Below are positions 9,363 to 18,136 of a stretch of 64,000 nt of DNA, piece by piece. The notes beneath the pieces were generated by a model that had not been told where the DNA came from, made no database searches, and was given only the letters and a program-made list of their open reading frames with translations. Source of the DNA: an uncultured virus (IMG/VR IMGVR_UViG_3300033074_001205) (Duplodnaviria > Heunggongvirae > Uroviricota > Caudoviricetes); the IMG/VR virus record IMGVR_UViG_3300033074_001205. One strand, given 5' to 3'. The position numbers and the translations under genes were made by a program. How positions within the stretch are numbered: the first letter of the stretch is position 1; each line of letters opens with the position of its first letter.

Positions 9363-10048
9363 TAACAATCTTTACAAATTAATGCTTTAGAATAATCTGC
9401 TTTATACAATGTGTCTGGTGATTGTTGAGCCCATTTTTCCCACTTTCCTGAAGCACCATTCTCAGCCCATTCTTTTGCTTGAATTGGGTCTTGCTCTCTT
9501 GAGTTAATTTCAGCTAAACACTCTTTCATAGCTTTTCTGAAACAATATCCTAGTGATTTAACTCGCTTAGGTATTTTCTTATACTCTTCATAATTAACCA
9601 GCATAGCTTCAGATAAACCTTTGTTTGCATATCCCGATTTAGCTAATGAGCCTGTAAAGACCACAAAACGGTCACATAGTGAATCAATAATTTCATCAAT
9701 TACACCATCTGCATCAATTTCTTCTTTAGCTTCCGAAGCATACATATCTAACTCACTTGCTTCATCATAATCTATGTTATTTCTTTGGATATTCCAATCA
9801 ATAATTTGGGATTGAATTTCTGCAAGTTTATAGTTAGGAATCTCGTAATCTTCCCCTAATAATTTCGTAGCGAACTGTAAGCCTAATTCAATTTGCTTAT
9901 GATTGAGCTCAGGTAATTGTGCTATACTAACTGTTGCAATAGCTTCAGCCTCTTCTTGCTCAGCAATCCCTAAAAGACCAACCCCATAAAGAGTATCAAG
10001 CTCATCTTGTGTTAAGTCTTCATTTATTTCTGTTAAATACTCTGCCAT
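9362..10048 (-). CDS. MazG-like / all-alpha NTP pyrophosphohydrolase
   Basis: Acidic helical motifs SEAKEE and EIIDSLCDRFVV, followed by EINSR...GKWEK. Confidence 0.6.
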   Translation of the reverse strand: MAEYLTEINEDLTQDELDTLYGVGLLGIAEQEEAEAIATVSIAQLPELNHKQIELGLQFATKLLGEDYEIPNYKLAEIQSQIIDWNIQRNNIDYDEASELDMYASEAKEEIDADGVIDEIIDSLCDRFVVFTGSLAKSGYANKGLSEAMLVNYEEYKKIPKRVKSLGYCFRKAMKECLAEINSREQDPIQAKEWAENGASGKWEKWAQQSPDTLYKADYSKALICKDC

Positions 10049-10275
10049 TATAAATCTCCCTCAAACTTATCTTCTACTTTTACTTTTAAAACTAATGCAA
10101 TAAGCCCAGCAAATAATGCTACAACTATTGCTACATCTCCAAACACCTTACTATCTAAACAAAATGATGTAATAACTCCTGCACCAACAAATGCAAGTAG
10201 AAACACTAATGCAATAATTGATTCAAGAATATTCACACCAATAAGTTTCAGAACATCTTTCTTACTCTCCATCAT
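10048..10275 (-). CDS. Two-TM membrane protein
   Basis: Likely start MMESKK; two hydrophobic helices. Confidence 0.65.
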   Translation of the reverse strand: MMESKKDVLKLIGVNILESIIALVFLLAFVGAGVITSFCLDSKVFGDVAIVVALFAGLIALVLKVKVEDKFEGDL

Positions 10276-10576
10276 CTTCTCCATTAGTTAAAGCATACCA
10301 AATATCAATACCAAATCCTTGTGGAAATTGTTTATCCCACTCTTTAACAAATTCTGAATCTTCTTCATAAGTTGCCATTAGTTCAAAATCATCTTTTTCA
10401 AAATTACCATCAATCTCTGAATGTTTTCCTGATATTTCCCCTAAATAAATATAGCTTCCTATTTTAGTATTTAAAAGTTCAAATGCCTCTTCTGTTAATA
10501 GTTGTACCTCTTCCCCAAAAGCATCCCTTAAACCAAAGTCAAATCTAACTAAGTATCTTTTCTTACTCTCCATCAT
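10262..10576 (-). CDS. Hypothetical phage protein
   Basis: Likely start MMESKK with AAGGA RBS; YLGEISGKHSEI motif. Confidence 0.7.
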   Translation of the reverse strand: MMESKKRYLVRFDFGLRDAFGEEVQLLTEEAFELLNTKIGSYIYLGEISGKHSEIDGNFEKDDFELMATYEEDSEFVKEWDKQFPQGFGIDIWYALTNGEDDGE

Positions 10577-10937
10577 AATATCCTTCATTTATAAATGTTA
10601 AATCTAAATCATTAGATTTCTGTATAGGCACTTCTAAAAGTCCTATCGTTGTTTTTACTTTAACAGAAACCATATTGAAATGATTCAATAGATATTTATA
10701 TGAACTACTTGCTATATTAACCTGCTGGAGTTTTATACATTTTCCTGCATTAATATTATGTAGCTTAGAAATACCACCTAAACCATTATAACAAAGGAAA
10801 GGTTGAAGAGTTTGGCAATCACCTACTACTTCAACCTTTCCTAAGAATTTTGACAAATGTTTTCCCTGTTTAAAGTTTCCGTAAAGCCCTATTGAAATAA
10901 TCTCGTCAGGAACTTTATTTGTTTTTACTTTAGCCAT
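10563..10937 (-). CDS. Hypothetical protein
   Basis: 124-aa ORF in the operon. Confidence 0.6.
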   Translation of the reverse strand: MAKVKTNKVPDEIISIGLYGNFKQGKHLSKFLGKVEVVGDCQTLQPFLCYNGLGGISKLHNINAGKCIKLQQVNIASSSYKYLLNHFNMVSVKVKTTIGLLEVPIQKSNDLDLTFINEGYYDGE

Positions 10938-10946
10938 ATCAATTTC

Positions 10947-11192
10947 TTAAATTTCATCTACTTCAAGATATTCAACATTAAATTCTTCACCTTTTTTACC
11001 AGCTTGATATGCTAATTCCATTAATTTTTCAATTCTAAAGCAATCACTAAAGTTTCTATTTAAATTAGAATCTTCGGGTTCTCCATCATAAACTTCAAAT
11101 TCGTCTTTGCCATTAATTTTTATTAAGAGAGCATTACAATAGTCTCTCCTTTCAATTTCCTCTTCAGTCAGTGTATATATTTCAACTTTCAT
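10947..11192 (-). CDS. Hypothetical phage protein
   Basis: 81 aa; DGEPEDSNLNRNF motif; AAGGA RBS. Confidence 0.7.
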   Translation of the reverse strand: MKVEIYTLTEEEIERRDYCNALLIKINGKDEFEVYDGEPEDSNLNRNFSDCFRIEKLMELAYQAGKKGEEFNVEYLEVDEI

Positions 11193-11258
11193 TTTATTCC
11201 TTTAATTTATAGTTTGCTAACCTTTCAGGTAGGAGTGTTAGCTCCATACCTTTGAATA

Positions 11259-12254
11259 TTACTCATCTGAATCTGCAAAAGGGTCTGATTCCTCGTCAGC
11301 TTCAGCACTCGCAGGAGCTTTATCTTCAGTTGTTTTAGAACCTTTTGCATAAGCTACTTGGTCTTGAATGAACTTAGCAATCTCTCTTGTAGTACCAAAT
11401 ACAATATCTTTCAACTCAGTTATTTCAGCACCTTCCATCTTTCTAATTGGTTGGATTTGAATGATTGGATTCTCTCTAACATCATTTCCAGTAATTTGTA
11501 ACTCATTAATCCAAGCAGATTTCATTCCAGTTGCTTCTTTGTTGAAGATTGCTACAAGGTTTTCTTTCTCGTCATACTTAGCAGAAAGTTCCATATAGAA
11601 TTTTTCCCATTTATCTTCAATTAAAACTAATCCAAATAATACTACTCTAAACTTTGTTTTAAGTGTATCAGGAACTTTAGCTTGAGTTTTACCTTGCTCA
11701 CCATCAGGATATTGTTTCTTTAACTTTGTATTAATAGAAAGTGCAGACTCTCCACCTTTAATATTGAACATAACTTCTTGGTGTGATGGGAAAATACCAT
11801 CTGCTAAAGTTGTTTCAAAGTTTGTTGGTAATGGTTTGTTTTGGCTATCAAAAATATTTCTCACTAATTTATATGCAACTTTGTTCACAATGATTGTTGG
11901 TCTTTCTCCAACTTTAACTGTTGAACATTTATCTAAATCAAAACCTTTTTTATCTTCTGTTTTAGCAATTACTGTATTATAGTAGAATGTTTCATCTTCA
12001 AATAACTCGTCTTTTTTGTTTTTCTTTAATTCTTTATTAAGTTTATACATCGCTGATTTAGGGTCAACTTTGTAGAATTTTAATTCGTTGAATCCCTCAG
12101 GTTTGTATTTAAAATTACCACCAACAGAGTCACTAATAGAACCTTCTGAAATAGCTTGTGATAAAGCTTCCTCTTCTGTAATCCCAAATAATTCCACATA
12201 ATCTGTGATAATCATCATCTCTTCGTTTGTTAAGTTTGCTATAGTCTTTGCCAT
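11259..12254 (-). CDS. Probable single-stranded DNA-binding / annealing protein
   Basis: 331 aa with an acidic tail containing PF (ADEESDPFADSDE); replication context. Function is inferred. Confidence 0.5.
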   Translation of the reverse strand: MAKTIANLTNEEMMIITDYVELFGITEEEALSQAISEGSISDSVGGNFKYKPEGFNELKFYKVDPKSAMYKLNKELKKNKKDELFEDETFYYNTVIAKTEDKKGFDLDKCSTVKVGERPTIIVNKVAYKLVRNIFDSQNKPLPTNFETTLADGIFPSHQEVMFNIKGGESALSINTKLKKQYPDGEQGKTQAKVPDTLKTKFRVVLFGLVLIEDKWEKFYMELSAKYDEKENLVAIFNKEATGMKSAWINELQITGNDVRENPIIQIQPIRKMEGAEITELKDIVFGTTREIAKFIQDQVAYAKGSKTTEDKAPASAEADEESDPFADSDE

Positions 12255-12341
12255 AATCTTTTCCTTTATCTTTATATTTTTTTAATCTTTAGCCCATTGC
12301 TGGGAAACTTGTCTGAAAACCCTTTAACATTCTTCTTATTG

Positions 12342-12405
12342 AAGAACATTGCAAACGCACTTTGAGATAACATGGAAAAACTTAAAGTGCGTTTGCAATG
12401 TTCTT
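12342..12405. repeat. Perfect 22-bp inverted repeat with 20-nt spacer
   Basis: AAGAACATTGCAAACGCACTTT (12342-12363) / AAAGTGCGTTTGCAATGTTCTT (12384-12405). Confidence 0.95.
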
Positions 12406-12416
12406 TGTTTATATTA

Positions 12417-12876
12417 AAGCAAGAAGAGGCTTGAAAAGTAATCGTGACCTTTCTGGGTGAGCTTTCTTGCTTATTTGTCGAAGAGGTATGAAGCTAAATA
12501 CATAGTTTCAACTAAAACCCTTCTTGTTCATTGATATAGTTAAGCAATGCCTTCATAATATAGTAGTAGCTACGCTGTACGTACGTTCTACATAAAATAT
12601 TAATATAAACTTACCTAATTAAGTTATCTTCGTAAGAGATTAGAACTCTTGGCTATCTTGGGCTTGGGTATCTAGTCCCACCTTGATAGTCTAGCTAGTA
12701 TCAACCTTTAGCCTCTCAGTCAACGAAGATTTTGATATAGCTTGTATGGTGAGCTATGGAGTTAGACCCCGACTCTTACTCGGCACTATATCTGATAGGA
12801 TTTCCACCTACGCCCTTGTCCAGCGGAAACGACTCCGAAACAAGGCTCACTCTACTAGTTCGTAATTCAAGTGAGC
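12417..12876. ncRNA. Candidate structured non-coding RNA(s), family unknown
   Basis: ORF-free, locally GC-richer, with many nested helices (12417-12472, 12626-12730, 12747-12850, 12845-12876). Confidence 0.55.
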
Positions 12877-12925
12877 AGTTATTTGTTATAATGTTTCAAC
12901 AGAGTAATTATAGGATTACTTTGCT

Positions 12926-13990
12926 TTAGTTTTGCTTAAATCTAGCAAGAAAATTCTCTTTTGTACTTTTATTTGCACCAGATTCCCCTTTAGCATAATT
13001 CATAACAGTTCCTTCAAAGAATCTTTCATTAGTTGCATTAAAATCTAACCAGTCATTAAACCATACAAAAGGATTTTTAACACCTTCGTAAAGTTCAGGC
13101 TCTCCTATTTTAGAGAAAGCTTGATTAGCTAAACTTTGAATGAACATTTCAATAGTTTTATCAGATATTCCTAATATTCTATTTCCTGTAATATATTTAC
13201 CCCAACCTATTTCTAAATCAACTGCTTCTTTGAACATTGCTTTTGCTTTTGGTAGAATATTAGCATACTCTTTAGGGTATTCATCTTTGCATATTTTAAT
13301 AAATGATGCGAATAGCTCTGTATGAGTTGTGCCCTCATCTCTAGCAATAAACCTAATCGACTTTGCTGACTCTTTCATTTTACCAAGCTTCTGGAAGTTA
13401 CCAAACACCAAGAAAACACTATAAAAATAAATATGCTCTAATGCTAAGTTAGCAAAGAAGGCTAATATTTTATCTTCAGTTGATACCTTATCACTGGCTT
13501 TTAATCTTTCATAAACTTCTAATATATGTGAGTTCTTTTCATACATAACATTATCTGTTAGGAACATATTATATATCTCCTCTCTATCTAGCTCAAAAGT
13601 ATCAATCATCTCTAAGTATTGAGTACAATGTAACGCTTCCTCCATTCCCTGACGAATGATACAAAACTTTGACCAAGTTTCTGTAATAAAAGGTAGAATA
13701 TTTATAGGAAGATTTCCTGTCTGAATCCCATCTAAATTTGAAGCAAAAGCTAAGGCAAGTTTAAATGTTCTCTTCTCATCATCAGTCATTTTATAGTTCC
13801 AATCATAAACATCTTCTGTAAGATTAGTTTCATCAATGAACCAAGTATTTGCTAACATAGCTTCCCAGATATTTTGACCCATAGGTATAACTTTACCTTT
13901 TATTTCTACTGTATAGGGTGAGAAGTCAAGACGCATTGTCTTGTCTTCTTCTCCATTAATCAATCTTATATTTCTATTTTTATCTTTCAT
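12926..13990 (-). CDS. nrdB: Ribonucleotide reductase class I beta subunit
   Basis: NLDGIQ, EEALHCTQY (radical Tyr), LEHIYFYSVF, RDEGTTH, C-terminal FFEGTVMNY. Confidence 0.95.
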   Translation of the reverse strand: MKDKNRNIRLINGEEDKTMRLDFSPYTVEIKGKVIPMGQNIWEAMLANTWFIDETNLTEDVYDWNYKMTDDEKRTFKLALAFASNLDGIQTGNLPINILPFITETWSKFCIIRQGMEEALHCTQYLEMIDTFELDREEIYNMFLTDNVMYEKNSHILEVYERLKASDKVSTEDKILAFFANLALEHIYFYSVFLVFGNFQKLGKMKESAKSIRFIARDEGTTHTELFASFIKICKDEYPKEYANILPKAKAMFKEAVDLEIGWGKYITGNRILGISDKTIEMFIQSLANQAFSKIGEPELYEGVKNPFVWFNDWLDFNATNERFFEGTVMNYAKGESGANKSTKENFLARFKQN

Positions 13991-14005
13991 TAAATTCCTT
14001 AAATT

Positions 14006-16345
14006 TTAATCACACCCAGCACAAGCTATATTACTTTCTTTCTTATCCTCAAATGAGGCAGACAACTTAGACCTATTCTTTAGGTAATATGTTGATTTTA
14101 ATCCTAACTGCCAAGCAAGGATATAAAGACCCATCATATCATCAAAATCCCCATCTAAAGGTTTAAATAAGTTTAAACTCTGTGACTGTGTTAACCACTT
14201 CTGCCTTTTAGCTGCCATTTTTAATACTAACTCTTGATTAATCTCCTCAGCAGGTTGATATTGTTGGTAGTTATTAATAGAAATACTTGGTGCAGTTACT
14301 GCAATCATATCTCCATTCTTAGCTTCTTCCATATATCTTCTTTTATACACTGGCTCAATACAAGGTGTAGTGCCTAAATGAACTGATATAGTTCCTGTTG
14401 GAGCAATCGCTGTTAAATTAGCATTTCTCATACCATCTTTTTGAACTTTTACCCTTAACTCCGACCATTTAAACCTAGGGGTGTCTTGTAAAACTTCACC
14501 AGTTCCTAACTCAGCAGTTAAAATACCTTTTGACCAAGAGCTTCCTTCAAATGTTTTATATTTACCCCTTGATACAGCCAAATCACTACTTGTCTGAATT
14601 GAATAATAATCCATAGCTTGATAAACCTCATCAATATAGTTACTATGCTCTAATGTTCCAAAATAAATACCTCTTTGAGCTAATGCTTCCATTTCACCCA
14701 TAACGCCTAGACCAATGTTTCTATCTTCCATTCCTGCTTTATATGTTTCGGGAGTTACATATTTATTTATTGTAATAACATTGTCTAACATCCTTACACC
14801 AAGTCTTGTAACTCTTTCTATATTTTCTTCATTAACCCTTGCAAGATTAATTGAGGCTAAGCAACAGATATTAGTTTTACCTAAATTCCACTTCTCAATA
14901 GCGTTTCCATCTGCATCTAGCTCCCATCCTATGAAGGTTGTAGGCTTAGCTACCACACCAATTTCTACACATAACTGGCTTGACTTAATAATCCCATCAT
15001 GTGCTTGTGTATTTCTTCTATTAAAGTTATCTCTAAATAAAATAAATGGAGCACCTGTACCATCTAAAGACTGAATAATCTTTTTAAAGACCTCATAGGC
15101 ATCATACGACTTCTTCTTTATATGTTTATTTTGTTCAAACTCTATATAAAGTCTTTCAAACTCTTCACCCCAAACTGTGTTTAATATAGCTACTTCTTTA
15201 GGGTCAAATAGTGTCCATTCTTCTCCTGCTAAAATTCTTTTGAAGAATAAATCTGGAATAAATAGCTCAGGATAAATACCCTTACCTTTCACCCTTCTAG
15301 CCTCATCTCCTGACTGTTTCTTTAACTCAATAAAGTCGAATAAATCCCAGTGATAAGGTACAATAGATATTGCTCTACTTCCATTTCTAGTCCCTGCTTG
15401 GTTATATTGCATAGTATATCCATGTGCAGTTTTTATGAAAGGAACAACTCCATTAGCACCACTTACAAAGTTTCTTAATGATGAACCATTACATCTTAAA
15501 TCTGTAATATCATCTCCAACACCTCCCCCATAAGAAGAACATTCTGCAAAGTTTGCATCACTTCTTACTCTTGATTTTAAAGTATCACCCACAGTCCCAA
15601 CAAAACAAGCAATTAACATACCATAAGGAGTCCCTGCATTTGCTAAAATAGGAGTTGAGCCTGATAACTCAAACTTAGAATAAGCATTATACATTTCAAT
15701 AGCCCAACAATGTCTATAAACATTTTCTATTGAAAGAAGTGGGTTCTTTTTAACTACTTCTTGAATTAATGATTCAGGCAACCAATCTTTATCAAAATCT
15801 TTAATAGATACTGCCATCGCAATCCTCATAAAGAAGTGTTGAGGCATTTCTATTAAAACACCTTGTTTATTATATTTAGCATATCTATCTCTAAAAGTAA
15901 TTATTCCATTATATGTGTATAAGTTATCTCTTGAGGTATCAATAAATGTATCTAATAAGTTTAAATCATATTCTAATAAATCATTTACATAAATACCTTC
16001 CTCAACAGCCTTTTCTACAACTTCTTTTAATGGTTTATATTTATTTCTTCTTCCAGCGTCTTTTATTAAAGACTGTAGCTCCAACCTCGCACCAAGGTAT
16101 GTATAGTTTGGACTCTCTACTCTAATCTTATCATTAACAGTTTTCTTTAAAGTTGTTTGAATTTCATTTGTAGTAATTCCCTCAGTAAATACTAAGTGAG
16201 AATCTCTCTCTACTTCTAAAATATCAATTCCTTCAATACCCTCACCAGCTTTCTCTAAAGTTTGTCTAATCTTAATTATATCTAAAGGAACTTTTTTACC
16301 ATTTCTCTTTAATACATTGATATTATTCAAATCATTTCTCCTCAC
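14006..16345 (-). CDS. nrdA: Ribonucleotide reductase class I alpha subunit with N-terminal ATP cone
   Basis: VLKRNG ATP cone, TPILANAG, ACF, QLCVEI, AIAPTGTIS, GLKSTYY, C-terminal CAGC. Confidence 0.97.
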   Translation of the reverse strand: MRRNDLNNINVLKRNGKKVPLDIIKIRQTLEKAGEGIEGIDILEVERDSHLVFTEGITTNEIQTTLKKTVNDKIRVESPNYTYLGARLELQSLIKDAGRRNKYKPLKEVVEKAVEEGIYVNDLLEYDLNLLDTFIDTSRDNLYTYNGIITFRDRYAKYNKQGVLIEMPQHFFMRIAMAVSIKDFDKDWLPESLIQEVVKKNPLLSIENVYRHCWAIEMYNAYSKFELSGSTPILANAGTPYGMLIACFVGTVGDTLKSRVRSDANFAECSSYGGGVGDDITDLRCNGSSLRNFVSGANGVVPFIKTAHGYTMQYNQAGTRNGSRAISIVPYHWDLFDFIELKKQSGDEARRVKGKGIYPELFIPDLFFKRILAGEEWTLFDPKEVAILNTVWGEEFERLYIEFEQNKHIKKKSYDAYEVFKKIIQSLDGTGAPFILFRDNFNRRNTQAHDGIIKSSQLCVEIGVVAKPTTFIGWELDADGNAIEKWNLGKTNICCLASINLARVNEENIERVTRLGVRMLDNVITINKYVTPETYKAGMEDRNIGLGVMGEMEALAQRGIYFGTLEHSNYIDEVYQAMDYYSIQTSSDLAVSRGKYKTFEGSSWSKGILTAELGTGEVLQDTPRFKWSELRVKVQKDGMRNANLTAIAPTGTISVHLGTTPCIEPVYKRRYMEEAKNGDMIAVTAPSISINNYQQYQPAEEINQELVLKMAAKRQKWLTQSQSLNLFKPLDGDFDDMMGLYILAWQLGLKSTYYLKNRSKLSASFEDKKESNIACAGCD

Positions 16346-16616
16346 CTTCTTTTAATTTTTCTAATTTGAACATATCTCGCTCAAATATTTTTCTCAAACC
16401 TTTTATATTTTTCATTCTAAATTTAACTGCCTCACCTTTTATTATATCATTCTTTTTCAAGTGATAAATCAAAGTTTCTTGGCAAGAAAACTTATACCCA
16501 AACTTAATCTCAACCATTTCAGTAAGTTCTTGATAAGATAAGTTATTAATATTATCTTTTAAGAATGTTATGATTTGGTCGTGTCTAGGATTGTGCCTAA
16601 GCTGTTGATTGCTCAT
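16332..16616 (-). CDS. Hypothetical basic protein, possible HTH
   Basis: 94 aa; LSYQELTEMVEIKFG helix pattern. Confidence 0.6.
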   Translation of the reverse strand: MSNQQLRHNPRHDQIITFLKDNINNLSYQELTEMVEIKFGYKFSCQETLIYHLKKNDIIKGEAVKFRMKNIKGLRKIFERDMFKLEKLKEGEEK

Positions 16617-16618
16617 TA

Positions 16619-16906
16619 CTAAACCTTAAACTTATGATATGAGCAATAGAATGTGTCTGAATCATTTATATATTCTCCATACTCATCATTTGCAACATTC
16701 TTTAAACAAAGGCCATCTTCATCTCTTAAATCAAAGTTTGCAAAAGTATCAAAATACTCACAAGTATCACAGCACTTTCTTCTACAGTCCACAGCATATT
16801 CAGGACGTATACTATAAGGTGGGTCTATTCTAGCCCTTTGATAAATTTTAACCCATGCAAGTCTTTCTCGCTCAGTCAAATCTCTAGATTGTTCAACATA
16901 ACTCAT
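16619..16906 (-). CDS. Cys-rich hypothetical protein
   Basis: CCDTCEYF...GLC...FYC. Confidence 0.65.
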   Translation of the reverse strand: MSYVEQSRDLTERERLAWVKIYQRARIDPPYSIRPEYAVDCRRKCCDTCEYFDTFANFDLRDEDGLCLKNVANDEYGEYINDSDTFYCSYHKFKV

Positions 16907-17277
16907 CTATACTCCAATAATTCTGGATTCTCATAAATGTTACCTATCACACATTCACAAGTCCAATCATATAAATCTTGTATTTCATTATCAAATTCAA
17001 CAACAAAAGCACCTTTATAAAATTTAACTTCACCCCAACAACCACTATGACTATCTAACATATAATCACCTTCATATATTTCCACATTGTTTGTATCAGT
17101 AAGCCCAGTGAATTGCATTAATTCTGTATTAAATCTACACCCTAATAAAATTTCTGTTGAAGTGTAATCCATATACTCATTTGGAATATTTACACCAATA
17201 CCTGACTGGAAACTCATTGGAAATAACATTTTACTATTTTTATAGTCCCAAGCCCTAAATTTATATTCTCTACTCAT
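16903..17277 (-). CDS. YopX-family protein
   Basis: REYKFRAWD, LMQFTGLTD..VEIYEGD, VIGNIYENPELL. Confidence 0.92.
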   Translation of the reverse strand: MSREYKFRAWDYKNSKMLFPMSFQSGIGVNIPNEYMDYTSTEILLGCRFNTELMQFTGLTDTNNVEIYEGDYMLDSHSGCWGEVKFYKGAFVVEFDNEIQDLYDWTCECVIGNIYENPELLEYR

Positions 17278-17861
17278 CTCAGCCCAATCCTTTCACTTTC
17301 TTTCTCAAGTTTCTTACACAATCTATTGAAGAAAGTTCGAACGTATCCTACACTATCTGTGTTTAAAACTTCCTTAAAAACTAACACATCAATATCATTG
17401 TAAAGGTTATATCCTGCAAAAGACATTTCAATAACTAACTTTTCTTGATTTGTTAAATTGAAATCTCGCTCGTGTTGATAATAAATTTCCTTCTGCGTTG
17501 TCAAATCAAAATCATTTAGATAAAGATATGTTTCTTCATTGTTTGTGTCATATCCACCAGTGATTTCATCATTGAATGGAGACTTCCATATTACTTTACC
17601 ATCAGCATCTTTTATTTGATAACACCCTGCTTTAGGTCTTGCCTTTGTTCTTATGTAAAGATAAACTTTTCTCTCAGCTTCTGACTCAGATGTTTCTGAA
17701 TAATCAGCTAGTTCAAGTATCTTTTCCTTATGTTCTGCCCAAACTTCTAATGTAGCACTTTCTCCTAAATCAATAGGAACATCATACCTATATAACAGGT
17801 AATTTGCTACAAGAGTTGTTAGTGATAGAATCCTTTCAAAACTTAATGTTTTATCTTGCAC
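17274..17861 (-). CDS. Hypothetical protein, possible sigma region-4-like C-terminus
   Basis: 195 aa; LTNQEKLVIEMSFAG...YVRTFFNRLCKKL resembles region 4 of sigma-like factors (weak). Confidence 0.55.
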   Translation of the reverse strand: MQDKTLSFERILSLTTLVANYLLYRYDVPIDLGESATLEVWAEHKEKILELADYSETSESEAERKVYLYIRTKARPKAGCYQIKDADGKVIWKSPFNDEITGGYDTNNEETYLYLNDFDLTTQKEIYYQHERDFNLTNQEKLVIEMSFAGYNLYNDIDVLVFKEVLNTDSVGYVRTFFNRLCKKLEKESERIGLR

Positions 17862-18094
17862 TAATCTCCCTTACCTAAATGATTTAATCCCATACTTAAC
17901 ATAACCTTCGCAGTAGCTTTTGAACAGGTCATCATTGAATCAACTTTATTTCCATCTAAAGAATATAACCCAATGAAATTCTTCACATTATATCTTCGTA
18001 ATAATAAATCTAAATCATATTCAAAATCTTCTTCCTCAGCAACTACACAACTAAACTCTTCGTCTAAATCTTCTCCCATATAACTCCTTCTCAT
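17861..18094 (-). CDS. Hypothetical protein
   Basis: 77 aa; promoter immediately upstream; true start may be MGEDL after AGGAG. Confidence 0.6.
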   Translation of the reverse strand: MRRSYMGEDLDEEFSCVVAEEEDFEYDLDLLLRRYNVKNFIGLYSLDGNKVDSMMTCSKATAKVMLSMGLNHLGKGD

Positions 18095-18107
18095 TTACTT
18101 ATAGTGT

Positions 18108-18129
18108 ATTGTATCTAATTATTGCTTAA
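18108..18129 (-). promoter_or_regulatory. Promoter TTAAG-N11-TACAAT
   Basis: Matches the recurrent motif with exact 11-nt spacing. Confidence 0.65.
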
Positions 18130-18136
18130 TCTTTTC

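Noticed and set aside
12530..12795. Group I intron (GATATAG S-element-like motifs)
   Set aside because: No matching P7 partner was found, and the flanking genes are intact and uninterrupted.
12790..12846. Hammerhead ribozyme (CCTTGTC...GAAACAAGG, with CTGATAG nearby)
   Set aside because: No CUGANGA core lies between GUC and GAAAC, and the segment is too short for stems I and II.
12747..12850. Canonical tRNA or tmRNA
   Set aside because: It ends in CCA but lacks a 7-bp acceptor stem, a properly placed anticodon arm and TTCRA loop; no tmRNA-type 5' end or tag ORF was found.
2043..16833. Plus-strand ORFs within the leftward operon (e.g. 5321..5596, 14715..15074)
   Set aside because: They are antisense shadows of thyX-region, ligase, SSB-like and nrd genes.
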